A stretch of DNA of 64,000 nt, taken from positions 32,001 through 96,000 of the forward strand of contig CAVUAK010000001.1 in NCBI GenBank assembly GCA_963739455.1. Direction: 5' to 3'. Below the pieces are notes generated by a model. It had not been told where the DNA came from, searched no databases, and was given only the letters and a program-made list of their open reading frames with translations. The stretch comes from an uncultured Gemmatimonadales bacterium (GTDB lineage Bacteria; Gemmatimonadota; Gemmatimonadetes; Gemmatimonadales; GWC2-71-9). The translations under genes and the position numbers were made by a program. Every line of letters begins with the position of its first letter. Positions within the stretch are counted from its first letter, which is position 1. Of this stretch, positions 36,442 to 46,412 are shown piece after piece.

Positions 36442-39400
36442 TTCCCCTTCTGCACGAAGGTGGTCGAGGTCGGGGCCTTCACCGGCTGCGCCATGCGCTT
36501 GAGGTAGAGCTCGAGCACCTCGATGTCGCCCATCATCTCGCGCTCCTGCGGCTTGCCCACGAGCATGGTGTAACCGCTCCCGCCGCTGGCGAGGAAGTCA
36601 TTCACGGCGAAGCGATAGGTCTCGCTGTCGCGGAACTTGCGCTTGCCGGGGAACTCGATCTCGACGATGCGCTGGCCGGGCGGCTTGGTGCTGTCCCAGG
36701 TGACGGTGACCCCGGAGACGTGCGCCGTCGGCGCGCCTGTCTCCAGCGCATGCTCGATGGTGGCGCGGACTTCCTTGCCACTCAATAGCAGCACCACGAC
36801 CTGGTTCCCGAAGGGCTGCAGCACAAAGAGGTTTTCGTAAGTGACGGCACCCGATGGGAGGCTCGCGCGGATGCCGCTGTTGTTCATGAGCGAGATATCG
36901 GCGCGGAGGAGGTTGCGCTGCGCATCGGCGATGAAGGTGCCGAGCGGGTACTCGCCGTCGTCGTGTTCCTTGTCGAGCGGCTGGGCGAGGGTCGCGACCT
37001 GACGGGAGGCGAGCGGCGCGGTCTGCTTCCGGACCTGGTAGGTCAGCTCACCGAGCGCGCTGTCGGGCGTGACCTGGTCGACATAGGCAGGGCGCACGTC
37101 GATGTACCCGCGGAAGCCGCCGTCGGCGCGACGCACGAGATCGGTGACCCCGATGGCGGCGCCACTCGAGCGGGACTCGACGATGGGAATGCCATTCACC
37201 TCGGTGGCGAGCTTCACGTGAGTGTGACCGGCGACGATGAGGTCCACGGACCCGGCGGGGAGCTGCTTCGCCAGGTCGAAGATCTCGCCGCTGCAACCGG
37301 ACTGCTCGCAGAACCCGCCTTCATGCGCGAGCAGGATGACCACGCTGGGGCGCTTCGCCTTCACCTCGTCGAGGACGTCGGCGATGGCGGGGAGCCCGGT
37401 GCGCCAGCGAAGTCCCGCAGTGTTCTCGGGGCGCACCATGCTCTTGGTGCCGCCGGCCATGTAGCCGATGACCGCGACGCGCAGGCTGTCGACCTGGATC
37501 ATTGCCCAGGGCTTCACCCAGTCGGGGCGCCTGCCGGTGGCGGAGTCGACGAGGTTGGCGGCGAGCCAGGCGTACTTCGACTCAGCCATGCGCGCGCGCA
37601 GGGTGTCGACGCCCCAGTCGAGCTCGTGATTGCCGATCGCGGCTGCGGCGATCTTCATCCGGTTCATCGCCTGGATGGTGGAGCGCCCGAAGAGGAGGCC
37701 CGACTCCAGGGTGCCCTGCATTTCGTCGCCAGCATCGAGGCGAATGGTGGGGCAACGGCACTGCGCCGTGGCGGAGTCCATCATGGCGTCGAGGACGGCG
37801 ACGCCGCCCACCTGGCGGGCATCGGTGGTCGACGACGCGCGAGGGAAGAGTGCCCCGTGCAGGTCGTTCATGCTGAGGACACGCAGCAGCACCGAGTCGC
37901 GCATGCGCGCCGCGCGGGGCCTCGCCTCGGCGGCGGTGCCGAAGAGGAGGCGTACCTGCTGGTCGGCGGCGGGCGGGACGATGCGCCAATCCTTCTCGGC
38001 GTAGTCGTTGGGGTCGAGCACCTTCTTCTGCTCGACGCTGGCGGTGAGGAGGTCGCGAATGGACTCGCCGCGGTCGTAGATGACGGGAGCACCGGCGACG
38101 ACGCCGTAGCCGCCAGCACCGGTCGCCCGATAGCTGTTGATCGCCATCGTGAAGCTGTCGGCGGGAGCGACGTCGGCGCCCTTGTAGCGCAGGTTGCGGA
38201 TGCGGGATCCGACGGGCTGCGAGAGGTCGATGTCGTATGCGACCCCGCTCACGATGTCGAAGTTGTAGCCGGCGATGCCCGGATCGATGCCGATCTTGCC
38301 GTCCTTCAAGGAGTAGTACTTCGCGCTCTGCTCGAGGTAGACGCGGAGCTGCGCGCCGGTGATGCGAATCGCCTTGAGCGTGTTCTCGTACGGATAGATG
38401 CCGGCGATCGCTCCGCGGGAGACGTCACCCTCAGGAATCCCACTCTCGAGGCGGAATACCGATGTCGCGGAGAGCTGGGCGCCGGTCTTCTGTCGCTGCA
38501 CGGCGTTCATCCAGTTGACGAGCGGCGTGGCGCCGACCCGACCGTAGCGGGCGGGCATGGCGGCGGTGGCTCGACCGATGGGAGTGCCGAGCCAGCGACG
38601 GGCATCGTCGCCGGGCCCGGCGAGGATGTTCTGAATGCGCTGGTTGACGGGCACGTCGGCGAGAGGGACGATCTCGGGAATGACCGAGACGACTTTCCAT
38701 CGCCCGCTGCCGGTGCGCTCCAGGAGAACCTGGGTGACGCTCAGCGACTGGGCCCAGAAATTCGGCTGGGTGAAGTGGGTCCGCCCGATGAGCGAGTCGC
38801 GGAGTTCCTTGTGGGTGTGTCCCACGACGACGAGATCGGGTGCATCGGGAATGCGGCCGAGCATGGCGGCGTCATTCTCGGGGCCAATGCCGGTGGTGTC
38901 GTAGGTGGAAGGCGCGCTGAGTCCGCTGTGCACGATCATGATCGAGAGATCGGCATCGAGGCGCATCTGGCGCGCAAGCGTGGGCGCCGACTGGGCGAGA
39001 TTGGCGACGCGCACCTGTCCCCCGAGCTCCTGCTTGTCCCAGATCATCACGCCGGGCGTGGTCAGGCCGCCTACGGCGACGCGGATCGGGCCGCGACGAA
39101 TGACCGCATGAGAGGGAAAGAGCAGGGTGTCGGCGGGGACGGTCCAGATGTTCCCGCTCACGAACCTGAACCTGGCACCCGATGCGGCACCGGTGAGGAA
39201 GGGCAGGCCAAAGTCGAAATCGTGGTTGCCCGGCGTCGCGGCATCGTAGCCCATCGCGTTCATCGCGTTGATGATCGGATGGGGGGTCTGGGGCTCCTTC
39301 GCGAGGAAGGCGGCGAAGGGGCTGCCCTGCAGGAGGTCGCCGGCATCAACGAGAACGACTTGTTCGGGGTACAGTCTACGGAGGGAGTCGACGACGGTCG

Positions 39401-39554
39401 CGGCGCGGGTGAGGCCGCCCTGGAACGGGCGCTCGAGCGCGTAGTCCCAGGCGGTGGCGTTGCCGTGCACGTCGGTGGTGGCCACGATGACGACTCGGGC
39501 CGTGTCTGCCGGAGCCGCGAAGCTGAGGCAGGCCAACAGGATGGCTTGGACCAT
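36438..39554 (-). CDS. Secreted tandem 2',3'-cyclic-nucleotide phosphodiesterase / 5'-nucleotidase (two metallophosphoesterase + 5_nucleotid_C units)
   Basis: TTDVHG, DAGDLLQG, GNHDFD, GHTH, YPYEN; second unit NDLHG, DAGDEMQG, GNHELDWG, GHTH, QPFGN, FLASGGSGY. Confidence 0.9.
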   Translation of the reverse strand: MVQAILLACLSFAAPADTARVVIVATTDVHGNATAWDYALERPFQGGLTRAATVVDSLRRLYPEQVVLVDAGDLLQGSPFAAFLAKEPQTPHPIINAMNAMGYDAATPGNHDFDFGLPFLTGAASGARFRFVSGNIWTVPADTLLFPSHAVIRRGPIRVAVGGLTTPGVMIWDKQELGGQVRVANLAQSAPTLARQMRLDADLSIMIVHSGLSAPSTYDTTGIGPENDAAMLGRIPDAPDLVVVGHTHKELRDSLIGRTHFTQPNFWAQSLSVTQVLLERTGSGRWKVVSVIPEIVPLADVPVNQRIQNILAGPGDDARRWLGTPIGRATAAMPARYGRVGATPLVNWMNAVQRQKTGAQLSATSVFRLESGIPEGDVSRGAIAGIYPYENTLKAIRITGAQLRVYLEQSAKYYSLKDGKIGIDPGIAGYNFDIVSGVAYDIDLSQPVGSRIRNLRYKGADVAPADSFTMAINSYRATGAGGYGVVAGAPVIYDRGESIRDLLTASVEQKKVLDPNDYAEKDWRIVPPAADQQVRLLFGTAAEARPRAARMRDSVLLRVLSMNDLHGALFPRASSTTDARQVGGVAVLDAMMDSATAQCRCPTIRLDAGDEMQGTLESGLLFGRSTIQAMNRMKIAAAAIGNHELDWGVDTLRARMAESKYAWLAANLVDSATGRRPDWVKPWAMIQVDSLRVAVIGYMAGGTKSMVRPENTAGLRWRTGLPAIADVLDEVKAKRPSVVILLAHEGGFCEQSGCSGEIFDLAKQLPAGSVDLIVAGHTHVKLATEVNGIPIVESRSSGAAIGVTDLVRRADGGFRGYIDVRPAYVDQVTPDSALGELTYQVRKQTAPLASRQVATLAQPLDKEHDDGEYPLGTFIADAQRNLLRADISLMNNSGIRASLPSGAVTYENLFVLQPFGNQVVVLLLSGKEVRATIEHALETGAPTAHVSGVTVTWDSTKPPGQRIVEIEFPGKRKFRDSETYRFAVNDFLASGGSGYTMLVGKPQEREMMGDIEVLELYLKRMAQPVKAPTSTTFVQKGK

Positions 39555-39624
39555 TGGGTGGTAATATCCCCGGTTTGGGGGGCAGTTGGAAGCCACCGGG
39601 CTTCCGGTGCCAAGGAGGGGCCAA

Positions 39625-39653
39625 TGTCGCAATCGTGTAACCGCTCTTGCGAC
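39625..39653 (-). promoter_or_regulatory. Pho-box-like direct repeat upstream of the nucleotidase operon
   Basis: Minus strand GTCGCA-N6-GTTACA-N5-GCGACA. Confidence 0.4.
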
Positions 39654-39687
39654 GGAGTCGGGGGGGAGCGTATTCGTTTCCGCGTAT

Positions 39688-40056
39688 ATGGCTAAGCCAT
39701 CACCCACGGAACTGCTGCAGGCGGTCGCCGAACCGACCCGGTTGCGGATCCTCAACTGCCTTGCGGCGGCGCCGCTGTTCGTGGCGGACCTGCAGGATGT
39801 GCTGGCGCTGCCGCAACCGACGGTCTCGCGTCACCTGCAGATATTGCGGAAGGCGGACCTGGTGCGGGACACGCCGATCGCGCCGTTCGTGCTGTACCGT
39901 CTCAAGCGGGGTGCCGGTCCGCTGGCGAAGATGCTGGATTCGATCCTGTCGGCGCTGGCGGAACTGGAGCCGACGCGCACGGAGCGGACCCGGGCGCGGG
40001 AGCGCAGCCGGGCCGAGTATACGTCACGCGTGAGTGAACCGGCTGGGGACATATGA
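39688..40056 (+). CDS. ArsR/SmtB family transcriptional regulator
   Basis: AEPTRLRILNCL, LPQPTVSRHLQILRKADLV. Confidence 0.85.
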   Translation: MAKPSPTELLQAVAEPTRLRILNCLAAAPLFVADLQDVLALPQPTVSRHLQILRKADLVRDTPIAPFVLYRLKRGAGPLAKMLDSILSALAELEPTRTERTRARERSRAEYTSRVSEPAGDI

Positions 40057-40075
40057 GCCGGGTGAGAGGAGAGCC

Positions 40076-40783
40076 ATGACGCATCGCATTCTCGTGGTGG
40101 ACGACGAGCCGGACATCACCGCGCTCGTAGCGTACCACCTGGCGAAGACGGGGTACCGGGTCTCCACGGCCACCAATGGCGCTGATGCGCTGAGGTCGGC
40201 GCGGGAGGAACGGCCGGACATCGTGGTGCTCGACCTGATGCTGCCGGGATTGTCGGGGTACGAGGTGCTCGCCGAGCTGAGGAAGCGGGACGAGACACGC
40301 GACGTGGGCGTGATCCTGCTGACGGCGCGGCGCGAGGAGGCGGACCGGATCAAGGGCCTGTCGCTTGGTGCGGATGATTACCTGACCAAGCCATTCTCCC
40401 CTCATGAACTGGCTCTCCGCGTGGCAGCCCTGCTGCGGCGGCTGGCGTCGCCGGCGGTGTCGGGCGGCTCCATGATGGCGGCCGGCCCGATTACCATTGA
40501 TCGCGCAGCGCACAAGGTGATGCTCGACGGCCAGGAGCTGCAGCTCACGTCGACCGAGTTCAAGCTGCTGCTGACGCTGCTGGAGCGTCGCGGGCGAGTG
40601 CAGACGCGGCCGCAGCTGCTGGAGACGGTGTGGGAGGCGCAGCCTGACATCCAGACTCGGACGGTGGACATGCACGTGCAGCGATTGCGCACAAAACTTG
40701 GTGAGCACGGCCCCCTCATCGAGACGGTTCGCGGGTTCGGTTACCGCTTCAGGGGCACGGACAAGGTGAGCAAAACGAGGTGA
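40076..40783 (+). CDS. phoB: Phosphate regulon response regulator (OmpR/PhoB family)
   Basis: VVDDE, LDLMLP, GADDYLTKPFSP, RTVDMHVQRLR.KL, ETVRGFGY; pst context. Confidence 0.88.
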   Translation: MTHRILVVDDEPDITALVAYHLAKTGYRVSTATNGADALRSAREERPDIVVLDLMLPGLSGYEVLAELRKRDETRDVGVILLTARREEADRIKGLSLGADDYLTKPFSPHELALRVAALLRRLASPAVSGGSMMAAGPITIDRAAHKVMLDGQELQLTSTEFKLLLTLLERRGRVQTRPQLLETVWEAQPDIQTRTVDMHVQRLRTKLGEHGPLIETVRGFGYRFRGTDKVSKTR

Positions 40784-42489
40784 GGTTCGCCGGACGGCTG
40801 GTCGCTGGAACCGTTGTCGTCCTCTTCTTTACCGTCGCCATCCTCGTCTGGACCGCGGGGCGGTCGCTGCAGCGCAATCTCGAGGATGAACTCGAGCGCA
40901 GCCTCCAGCTCGAGGCACGACTGGTCGACGCCGCCGTGACGGCGTCGGGCAAGCCCACCGATGTCCTTCGCGGCCTCGAGCGCCGCAGCTCCCACCGCAT
41001 CATGATGTTCAATCGCACCGGCGACATCGTCGCGTCGGGGGATACCGTGCGCGCGGGTGCGTCCCCGGTGGACGAGGCGTCGTTTCCCGAGGTGCGGGCG
41101 GCATTGTCTGGCAGTACCGGGCGGGACGTGCGCCGAGCGGATGCGATCTCGCCGATGGAGATGCACGTCGCGGTCCCGACGGTCGATGGCGCGGTGCGGG
41201 TGTCGGCCAGCATGGCGCAGGTCGATGACATCGTGCGCAAGGCGCGCCGCGCGATGCTGGGCGCGGCGCTGATCGCGCTGCTGGTGGGATCGGGTCTGGC
41301 GTTCGTGGCGGGCCGGTCGATCGCGCAACCGCTGAGTGACCTCGCCGGCGCGGCGCGCGCCATCGCGGCCGGTTCCCTGCCCCGCTTTCCCCGGTCGGGC
41401 ATCCCCGACATCGACAGCCTGGTGCAGGCGGTACGGCAGATGCATCGCCAGCTGGATGAGCGGTTTGCCCAGTTGAAGAATGAACAGTCGGCGTCGGCGG
41501 CACTGGTGGAGTCGATGCTCGAGGGCGTCATCGCGGCGGACGGTCGCGGCAGGATCACGACGGCGAATGCGGCGGCGCGACGCCTGCTGGGCTATGAGCC
41601 GGAGCATCCGCTGCCGGACGTGCGGCAGCTGTTCCGGTCCAAGTCGGCGCGGGAGATCGTGACGGCGGTGCTCGAGGGCGAGGCGGTGCAGGATCGCCAG
41701 CTCGACCTGGATGGGAGCACGCTCCTGGTGAATGCGCGGCCGCTGGAGAACGAGGGCGCGGTACTGGTGCTGCACGACCTGACGGAACTGCGGCGGCTGG
41801 AAACGGTGCGACGGGATTTTGTCGCGAACGTGTCGCATGAATTGAAGACGCCTCTGACGAGCATTTCGGGATACGCGGAGACGCTGCTCACCGATTCGCC
41901 TGACGCCGTCACTGGTCGCGAGTTCCTCGGCATCATCCTCAGCAACGCGCACCGCATGCAGCGGCTGGTGGACGACCTGCTGGACCTGTCACGCATCGAG
42001 TCGGGCCGGTGGCAGCCGGGGGTGGAGCCGGTGGACGTGGTGGGCGCGGCGCGCGAGGTGTGGGCGACGCTGGCGGAGCGGGCCGCGGTGCGCGGCACGA
42101 CGTTCGAGGTCAAGGTGGATGCGGGTGCGGCGACGATCGAGGCGGATCCCGATGGCCTGCGCCAGGTGCTGACCAACCTGGTCGACAACTCGCTGCGCTA
42201 TGTCGGCGCGGGCGGGATAGTGACGGTCGCGGCGCGCGAGCTCGATGGTGGCGTTGAGCTGAGCGTGAGGGACAACGGGGTGGGGATCACGTCGGATCAC
42301 CTGCCGAGGATCTTCGAGCGGTTCTACCGGGCCGATCCGTCGCGATCACGGGAAGAGGGTGGAACGGGGCTGGGGTTGTCGATCGTGAAGCACCTGCTGG
42401 AGGCGCATGGTGGACGAGTGTCGGCGGAGAGTGAGCTGGGGGTGGGGACGGTGATCAGGTGCTGGTTTCCGGGAACTGCAACTGCGTGA
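40780..42489 (+). CDS. phoR: Phosphate regulon sensor histidine kinase (HAMP-PAS-HisKA-HATPase)
   Basis: RRDFVANVSHELKTPLT, NLVDNS, DNGVGI, RIFERFYRAD.SRSR..GGTGLGL. Confidence 0.9.
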   Translation: MRFAGRLVAGTVVVLFFTVAILVWTAGRSLQRNLEDELERSLQLEARLVDAAVTASGKPTDVLRGLERRSSHRIMMFNRTGDIVASGDTVRAGASPVDEASFPEVRAALSGSTGRDVRRADAISPMEMHVAVPTVDGAVRVSASMAQVDDIVRKARRAMLGAALIALLVGSGLAFVAGRSIAQPLSDLAGAARAIAAGSLPRFPRSGIPDIDSLVQAVRQMHRQLDERFAQLKNEQSASAALVESMLEGVIAADGRGRITTANAAARRLLGYEPEHPLPDVRQLFRSKSAREIVTAVLEGEAVQDRQLDLDGSTLLVNARPLENEGAVLVLHDLTELRRLETVRRDFVANVSHELKTPLTSISGYAETLLTDSPDAVTGREFLGIILSNAHRMQRLVDDLLDLSRIESGRWQPGVEPVDVVGAAREVWATLAERAAVRGTTFEVKVDAGAATIEADPDGLRQVLTNLVDNSLRYVGAGGIVTVAARELDGGVELSVRDNGVGITSDHLPRIFERFYRADPSRSREEGGTGLGLSIVKHLLEAHGGRVSAESELGVGTVIRCWFPGTATA

Positions 42490-42537
42490 GGGGGAACTGA
42501 AACAGCGTGAGGAGGAACTGCGACTGCGGGGAAACTG
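42471..42537 (+). repeat. ~21-nt tandem repeat GGAACTGCRACTGCGTGAGGR (about 3 units); inverted copy at 56215..56285
   Basis: gggaactgcaactgcgtgagg gggaactgaaacagcgtgagg aggaactgcgactgcg. Confidence 0.7.
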
Positions 42538-42586
42538 TTACATCGGCTTCAAGTGGTTGTGTTGCCTGGATTAGACCTTCCCTGGC

Positions 42587-42901
42587 ATGACAAATCCCAT
42601 GCAGATGCGCGGCCCGCTCGACACTTCCGCAGTCAACTACCTGCTCGACCACATTGCCCAGGCGCCGGACGCCGCCCACGTGCTGGTTGACTGCTCGGCG
42701 GTATCGAGCGTCGACCCGGTGGGGACGGCGCGACTCTGGGTGCTGGCACGGGAGCTCGAGCTCGCGGGCCGGGTGCTCCGGATCATCGGGATGCCGGAGC
42801 GATTCATCCGGCGTCTCCGGCTCCACCCGGTGCTCAGGTTCGTGGAGCAGGAGGAGAGCGTCTTTGCCGATCCGTTCAGTGCGGCAGTGAGTTCGCGGTA
42901 G
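42587..42901 (+). CDS. STAS domain protein (anti-anti-sigma-like)
   Basis: RGPLD, VLVDCSAVSSVDPVG..L..L, LRIIG. Confidence 0.7.
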   Translation: MTNPMQMRGPLDTSAVNYLLDHIAQAPDAAHVLVDCSAVSSVDPVGTARLWVLARELELAGRVLRIIGMPERFIRRLRLHPVLRFVEQEESVFADPFSAAVSSR

Positions 42902-42902
42902 G

Positions 42903-44154
42903 CTAGAACATGAACTGCGCCTGCAGGCGCAGCGTCTGGCCCTTCTGCGGGTTGTTCGGGGTGAATGCCGTCGTCCTGCGTACGGTTCGAGATCATGTAG
43001 GCGGCGGTGAACTCGAATGCCTTGAGCGGCAGGATCTCGGCGCCGAACTCGATTTCCTTCACCAGGTATGACCGGGCGTCGAGCTCGTACTTCTTTCCGC
43101 CACTGTAGTACTGCGCGCGCACGTAGGGGAAGATGAGCTTGTGCGCGATGTAGGTGCGATAGAATGCCATGAGGTACCCGCCGGTCAGGTCCTGCTCCGT
43201 GATGTCGTTCAGCACGTTGTCGTACTCCGGCCCCTTCCCCCAATTCCATTCCGCCTGCAAGCCAATCGGCCGCGGGATCAAGAGCGCCGAGAGGGCAACC
43301 CGTTCGTCGCGGAAATTGTTGGCGCCGCCGACGCCTGGGGAGCGGTTCTCGGGCGGGATCACGAAGATGCCGGTGTATCCCTGTACGGCAGCGAAGAGGA
43401 CCTGGTCATGCCCGAGGGCGAAGGGGTAGGCCAGGCGTGCCACGACGTGCTTGTTGCCATTCAGCTCGGGTCGGTTGGCACCCTGGCCGTTGTATACGCC
43501 GAAGCTGATGACGCCGTAATCCTGGGCTCCCTTGAAGGAGCTGTCGATCAGCATCTTGAGCTCCCGGTGGATCTTCGCCGGTGCCCAGATGAACCAGGCA
43601 CCGAGATCGCGCTCGCCCGGCGCGCCGCTGTTGAGTGCGTCGTCACGGTCGAAGGGAATGCGCACGGCGCTGGACTGCAGGTTCTCGTAGCCGAAGGGGA
43701 TCTTGGCGAGGCCGATGCGCACGAAGCCATTCTTCTTCTTGTCGAGGGACACGTCGCCGAAGAGGTCGCGGAGCTGCAGGATGAACACCGACGACCCAAC
43801 GGCCTGTGTCAGGTCGACCTCCATCTTGGTGTCCACCCGGTCAACCGGCTTTCCCTCCACGATAAGTCGCGCGCGACGCAGGGTGAACTTGGGGTCACCG
43901 CCGAGCCCCGGGTCGCACTGGATGCAGACCAGGTCGGGGTTGGTCTGGAAGAGCTGGTTGTAGCGCACCTGGATGTAGCCACGGACGAGGATGCGATCGG
44001 TCCACGACTTGGGCTTGGCCGGCTGGGAGTCCGGCTTGATCACGGGCGCCGGCTGCGAGTCAGGCTTCTCCGCCTGGGCCAGGAGGGCAGCGGGCAGCAT
44101 CAGGGCACCGATCACAGCTAGGCGGACAGCGCGGCGCGCAACCGTCGGCAGCAT
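42903..44154 (-). CDS. Phosphate-selective porin OprO/OprP family (frameshift near 42960)
   Basis: Signal peptide; GYIQVRY, FTLRRARL, KIPFGYENLQSS, ERDLG, YNGQG; true C-terminus LRLQAQFMF in another frame. Confidence 0.8.
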
Positions 44155-44184
44155 CAGGACCTCTCTGGCGTTTTTTCCGGGAGC

Positions 44185-44263
44185 GTTACTGGGACGTGAC
44201 AAGCTGGCGCGCCGTCCGTGACGGTGCAACTTACGTTATAGAGTCGTTACATGACCCATCACA
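44185..44263. promoter_or_regulatory. Pho-box arrays in the divergent porin/pstS promoter region
   Basis: Plus strand GTTATA(44235)-GTTACA(44246)-ATCACA(44258); minus strand CGTCAC(44223)..TGTCAC(44201)-AGTAAC(44190), 11/22-bp phased. Confidence 0.6.
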
Positions 44264-44277
44264 TAAAAGGAGCGCCA

Positions 44278-45352
44278 ATGCCGGTTCACTCGCGCGGTCG
44301 CCAGCGGTTCGTCCTGATTGCTTCCGCCATGGTAGCACTCGGTGCCTGCGGCGGTGACAAGGCGAAGGACCAGGCGGCCGGCGGGGCCGCGCCGACGACG
44401 TCCGGCGTAGCGCTCACCGGTGCCGGCGCCACCTTCCCCAACCCGATCTACACGAAGTGGTTCGACACCTACGCCAAGGCGACCGGCGTGCGGATCAACT
44501 ACCAGTCGATCGGGTCGGGCGGCGGGATCCGGCAGTTCACCGAGGGCACGGTGGACTTCGGCGCCACCGACGGGCCGATGTCGAACGACCAGATGGCGGC
44601 GGTTCAGGGGAACGTGCTCCACGTGCCGACGGTGCTCGGCGCCGACGTGCTGACCTACAACCTGCCGGCGATCGGCGCCGCCAAGCTGGTGCTCGATGGC
44701 GATGCGATCGCGGGCATCTTCCTCGGCCGGATCATCGAAGTGGAATGATCCCAAGCTGGTGGCGCTCAACCCGGGCGTCCCGTTGCCGAACGCCGACGTG
44801 ATCGTGGTGCACCGGTCGGACGGCTCGGGCACGTCGTTCATCTTCACCGACTACCTGTCGAAGGTGTCGCCGGAGTGGAAGGCGAAGGTGGGTGCCGCGA
44901 CGTCGGTCAACTGGCCGATCGGGCTGGGCGGCAAGGGAAACGAGGGCGTGACGCAGCAGGTGAAGCAGACCGAGGGCGCGATCGGCTATGTCGAGCTGAT
45001 CTACGCCGCGTCAAACGGGCTGTCGTTTGCGGACATCAAGAACGCATCGGGCACCGCCGTAACGCCCAACCTGAAGTCGGTAACAGCGGCCGCGCAGAGT
45101 GCCCATTTCGCGCCGGACACCGATTTCCGGGTCTCGATCACCAACGCCCCGGGGGCCGACGCCTACCCGATCGCGTCGTTCACCTGGCTCCTGATCAAGG
45201 CGACCAATCCGGACGCGACTAAGTCGAAGCAGATCAACGACTTCATCAAGTGGATGCTGTCGCCGGACGCCCAGCGGATGGCGGCCGACCTGCAGTACGC
45301 TCCGCTGCCGGTCCCGCTGATCGAGCTGATCCAGAAGCGGGTCGGGGGCTGA
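44278..45352 (+). CDS. pstS: Phosphate ABC transporter substrate-binding lipoprotein (frameshift near 44738)
   Basis: Lipobox LGAC; GAGATFP, YQSIGSGGG, DFGATD, HRSDGSGT, GKGNEGV, YPIASFTW. Confidence 0.93.
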
Positions 45353-45357
45353 CCGTA

Positions 45358-45385
45358 GTTACACATCCGTTACATGCCCGTGACG
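45358..45385 (+). promoter_or_regulatory. Internal Pho box between pstS and pstC
   Basis: GTTACA-N5-GTTACA-N5-GTGACG, exact 11-bp period. Confidence 0.6.
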
Positions 45386-45418
45386 TAACGAGTCCGGGCG
45401 GGGGATACGTTGCCCCCA

Positions 45419-46411
45419 ATGACTACCGCCGTCTCCGCCCCCCGCGCCGCCGCTGCTCCGACGGGGGGCGCGTACTCCCTTGAACATGCGAGCCGAGGCG
45501 ACCGGGTCTTCAAGGCGCTGCTGACGCTGGCGTCGGCATCGATCCCGGTCCTCCTCGGCTTCCTGGTGTACGAGCTCTGGATCGGGTCGGCACTGGCCAG
45601 GCAGACCTTCGGCCTCACCTTCGTCACCACCAGCGAGTGGGACCCGGTGGCCGACAAGTTCGGGGCGCTGCCCCTGATCTTCGGTACCCTGCTCTCCTCG
45701 CTCCTCGCCCTGCTCATCGCCGTGCCGCTGTCGCTCGGCGTCGCCATCTACCTCACCGAGTTCGCCCCGCGCAGCCTGCGCCAGCCGATCGCGAACATCA
45801 TCGGCCTGCTCGCGGCGATCCCGAGCGTGGTCTACGGCCTGTGGGGCATCTTCGTTCTGATCCCCTTCCTCCGCGCGACGGTGTTCCCGGCGCTCAAGGG
45901 CGCGTTCGGGTTCCTGCCATTGTTCGAGGGACCGATCTACGGCCCGTCGATGCTCTCGGCCAGCATCATCCTCGCGATCATGGTCATGCCGTACATCATG
46001 TCGGTGTCGCGCGAGGTCCTGCTCGCCGTGCCGGGCAGCCAGCGCGAGGCGGCCCTGGCGCTCGGCGCCACGCGCTGGGAAGCGGTGGTGACGGCGGTGG
46101 TGCCGTACGCCCGCACCGGGATCATGGGCGCGATCATTCTCGGGCTGGGTCGGGCCCTGGGCGAGACGATGGCGGTGACGATGCTCATCGGGAACCGGCA
46201 CGAGATCGCGGCGTCGCTCTTCGCGCCGGGCTACACCATGGCCGCTGCGATCGCCAACGAATTCGCCGAGGCAGCGACGCCGATGCACTTCTCGGCGCTG
46301 ACGTATGTGGCGTTCACGCTGTTCGTCGTCACCGTGCTGGTGAACGCCGGTGCGCGGTTGCTCATCTGGCGCGTGGCCCGCGGGTCCGGCGCCGGCAGCT
46401 CGGCGCTCTGA
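45419..46411 (+). CDS. pstC: Phosphate ABC transporter permease
   Basis: LLAAIPSVVYGLWG, REAALALGATRWE, LGLGRALGETMAV. Confidence 0.93.
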   Translation: MTTAVSAPRAAAAPTGGAYSLEHASRGDRVFKALLTLASASIPVLLGFLVYELWIGSALARQTFGLTFVTTSEWDPVADKFGALPLIFGTLLSSLLALLIAVPLSLGVAIYLTEFAPRSLRQPIANIIGLLAAIPSVVYGLWGIFVLIPFLRATVFPALKGAFGFLPLFEGPIYGPSMLSASIILAIMVMPYIMSVSREVLLAVPGSQREAALALGATRWEAVVTAVVPYARTGIMGAIILGLGRALGETMAVTMLIGNRHEIAASLFAPGYTMAAAIANEFAEAATPMHFSALTYVAFTLFVVTVLVNAGARLLIWRVARGSGAGSSAL

Positions 46412-46412
46412 C

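Noticed and set aside
32622..39695. Long plus-strand ORFs (928 aa, 910 aa) and similar shadow ORFs elsewhere
   Set aside because: Antisense shadows of well-supported genes, expected in high-GC DNA; no motifs
42471..42537. Tandem ~21-nt repeats as a CRISPR array
   Set aside because: Units abut with no unique spacers, are degenerate, and no cas genes are present
42637..42902. Porin ORF overlapping the STAS gene
   Set aside because: Artefact of a frameshift near 42960; the true porin C-terminus (QAQFMF) stops at 42903
44730..44750. Programmed frameshifting in pstS or other split genes
   Set aside because: No slippery heptamer or stimulatory structure; the many similar breaks point to sequencing error
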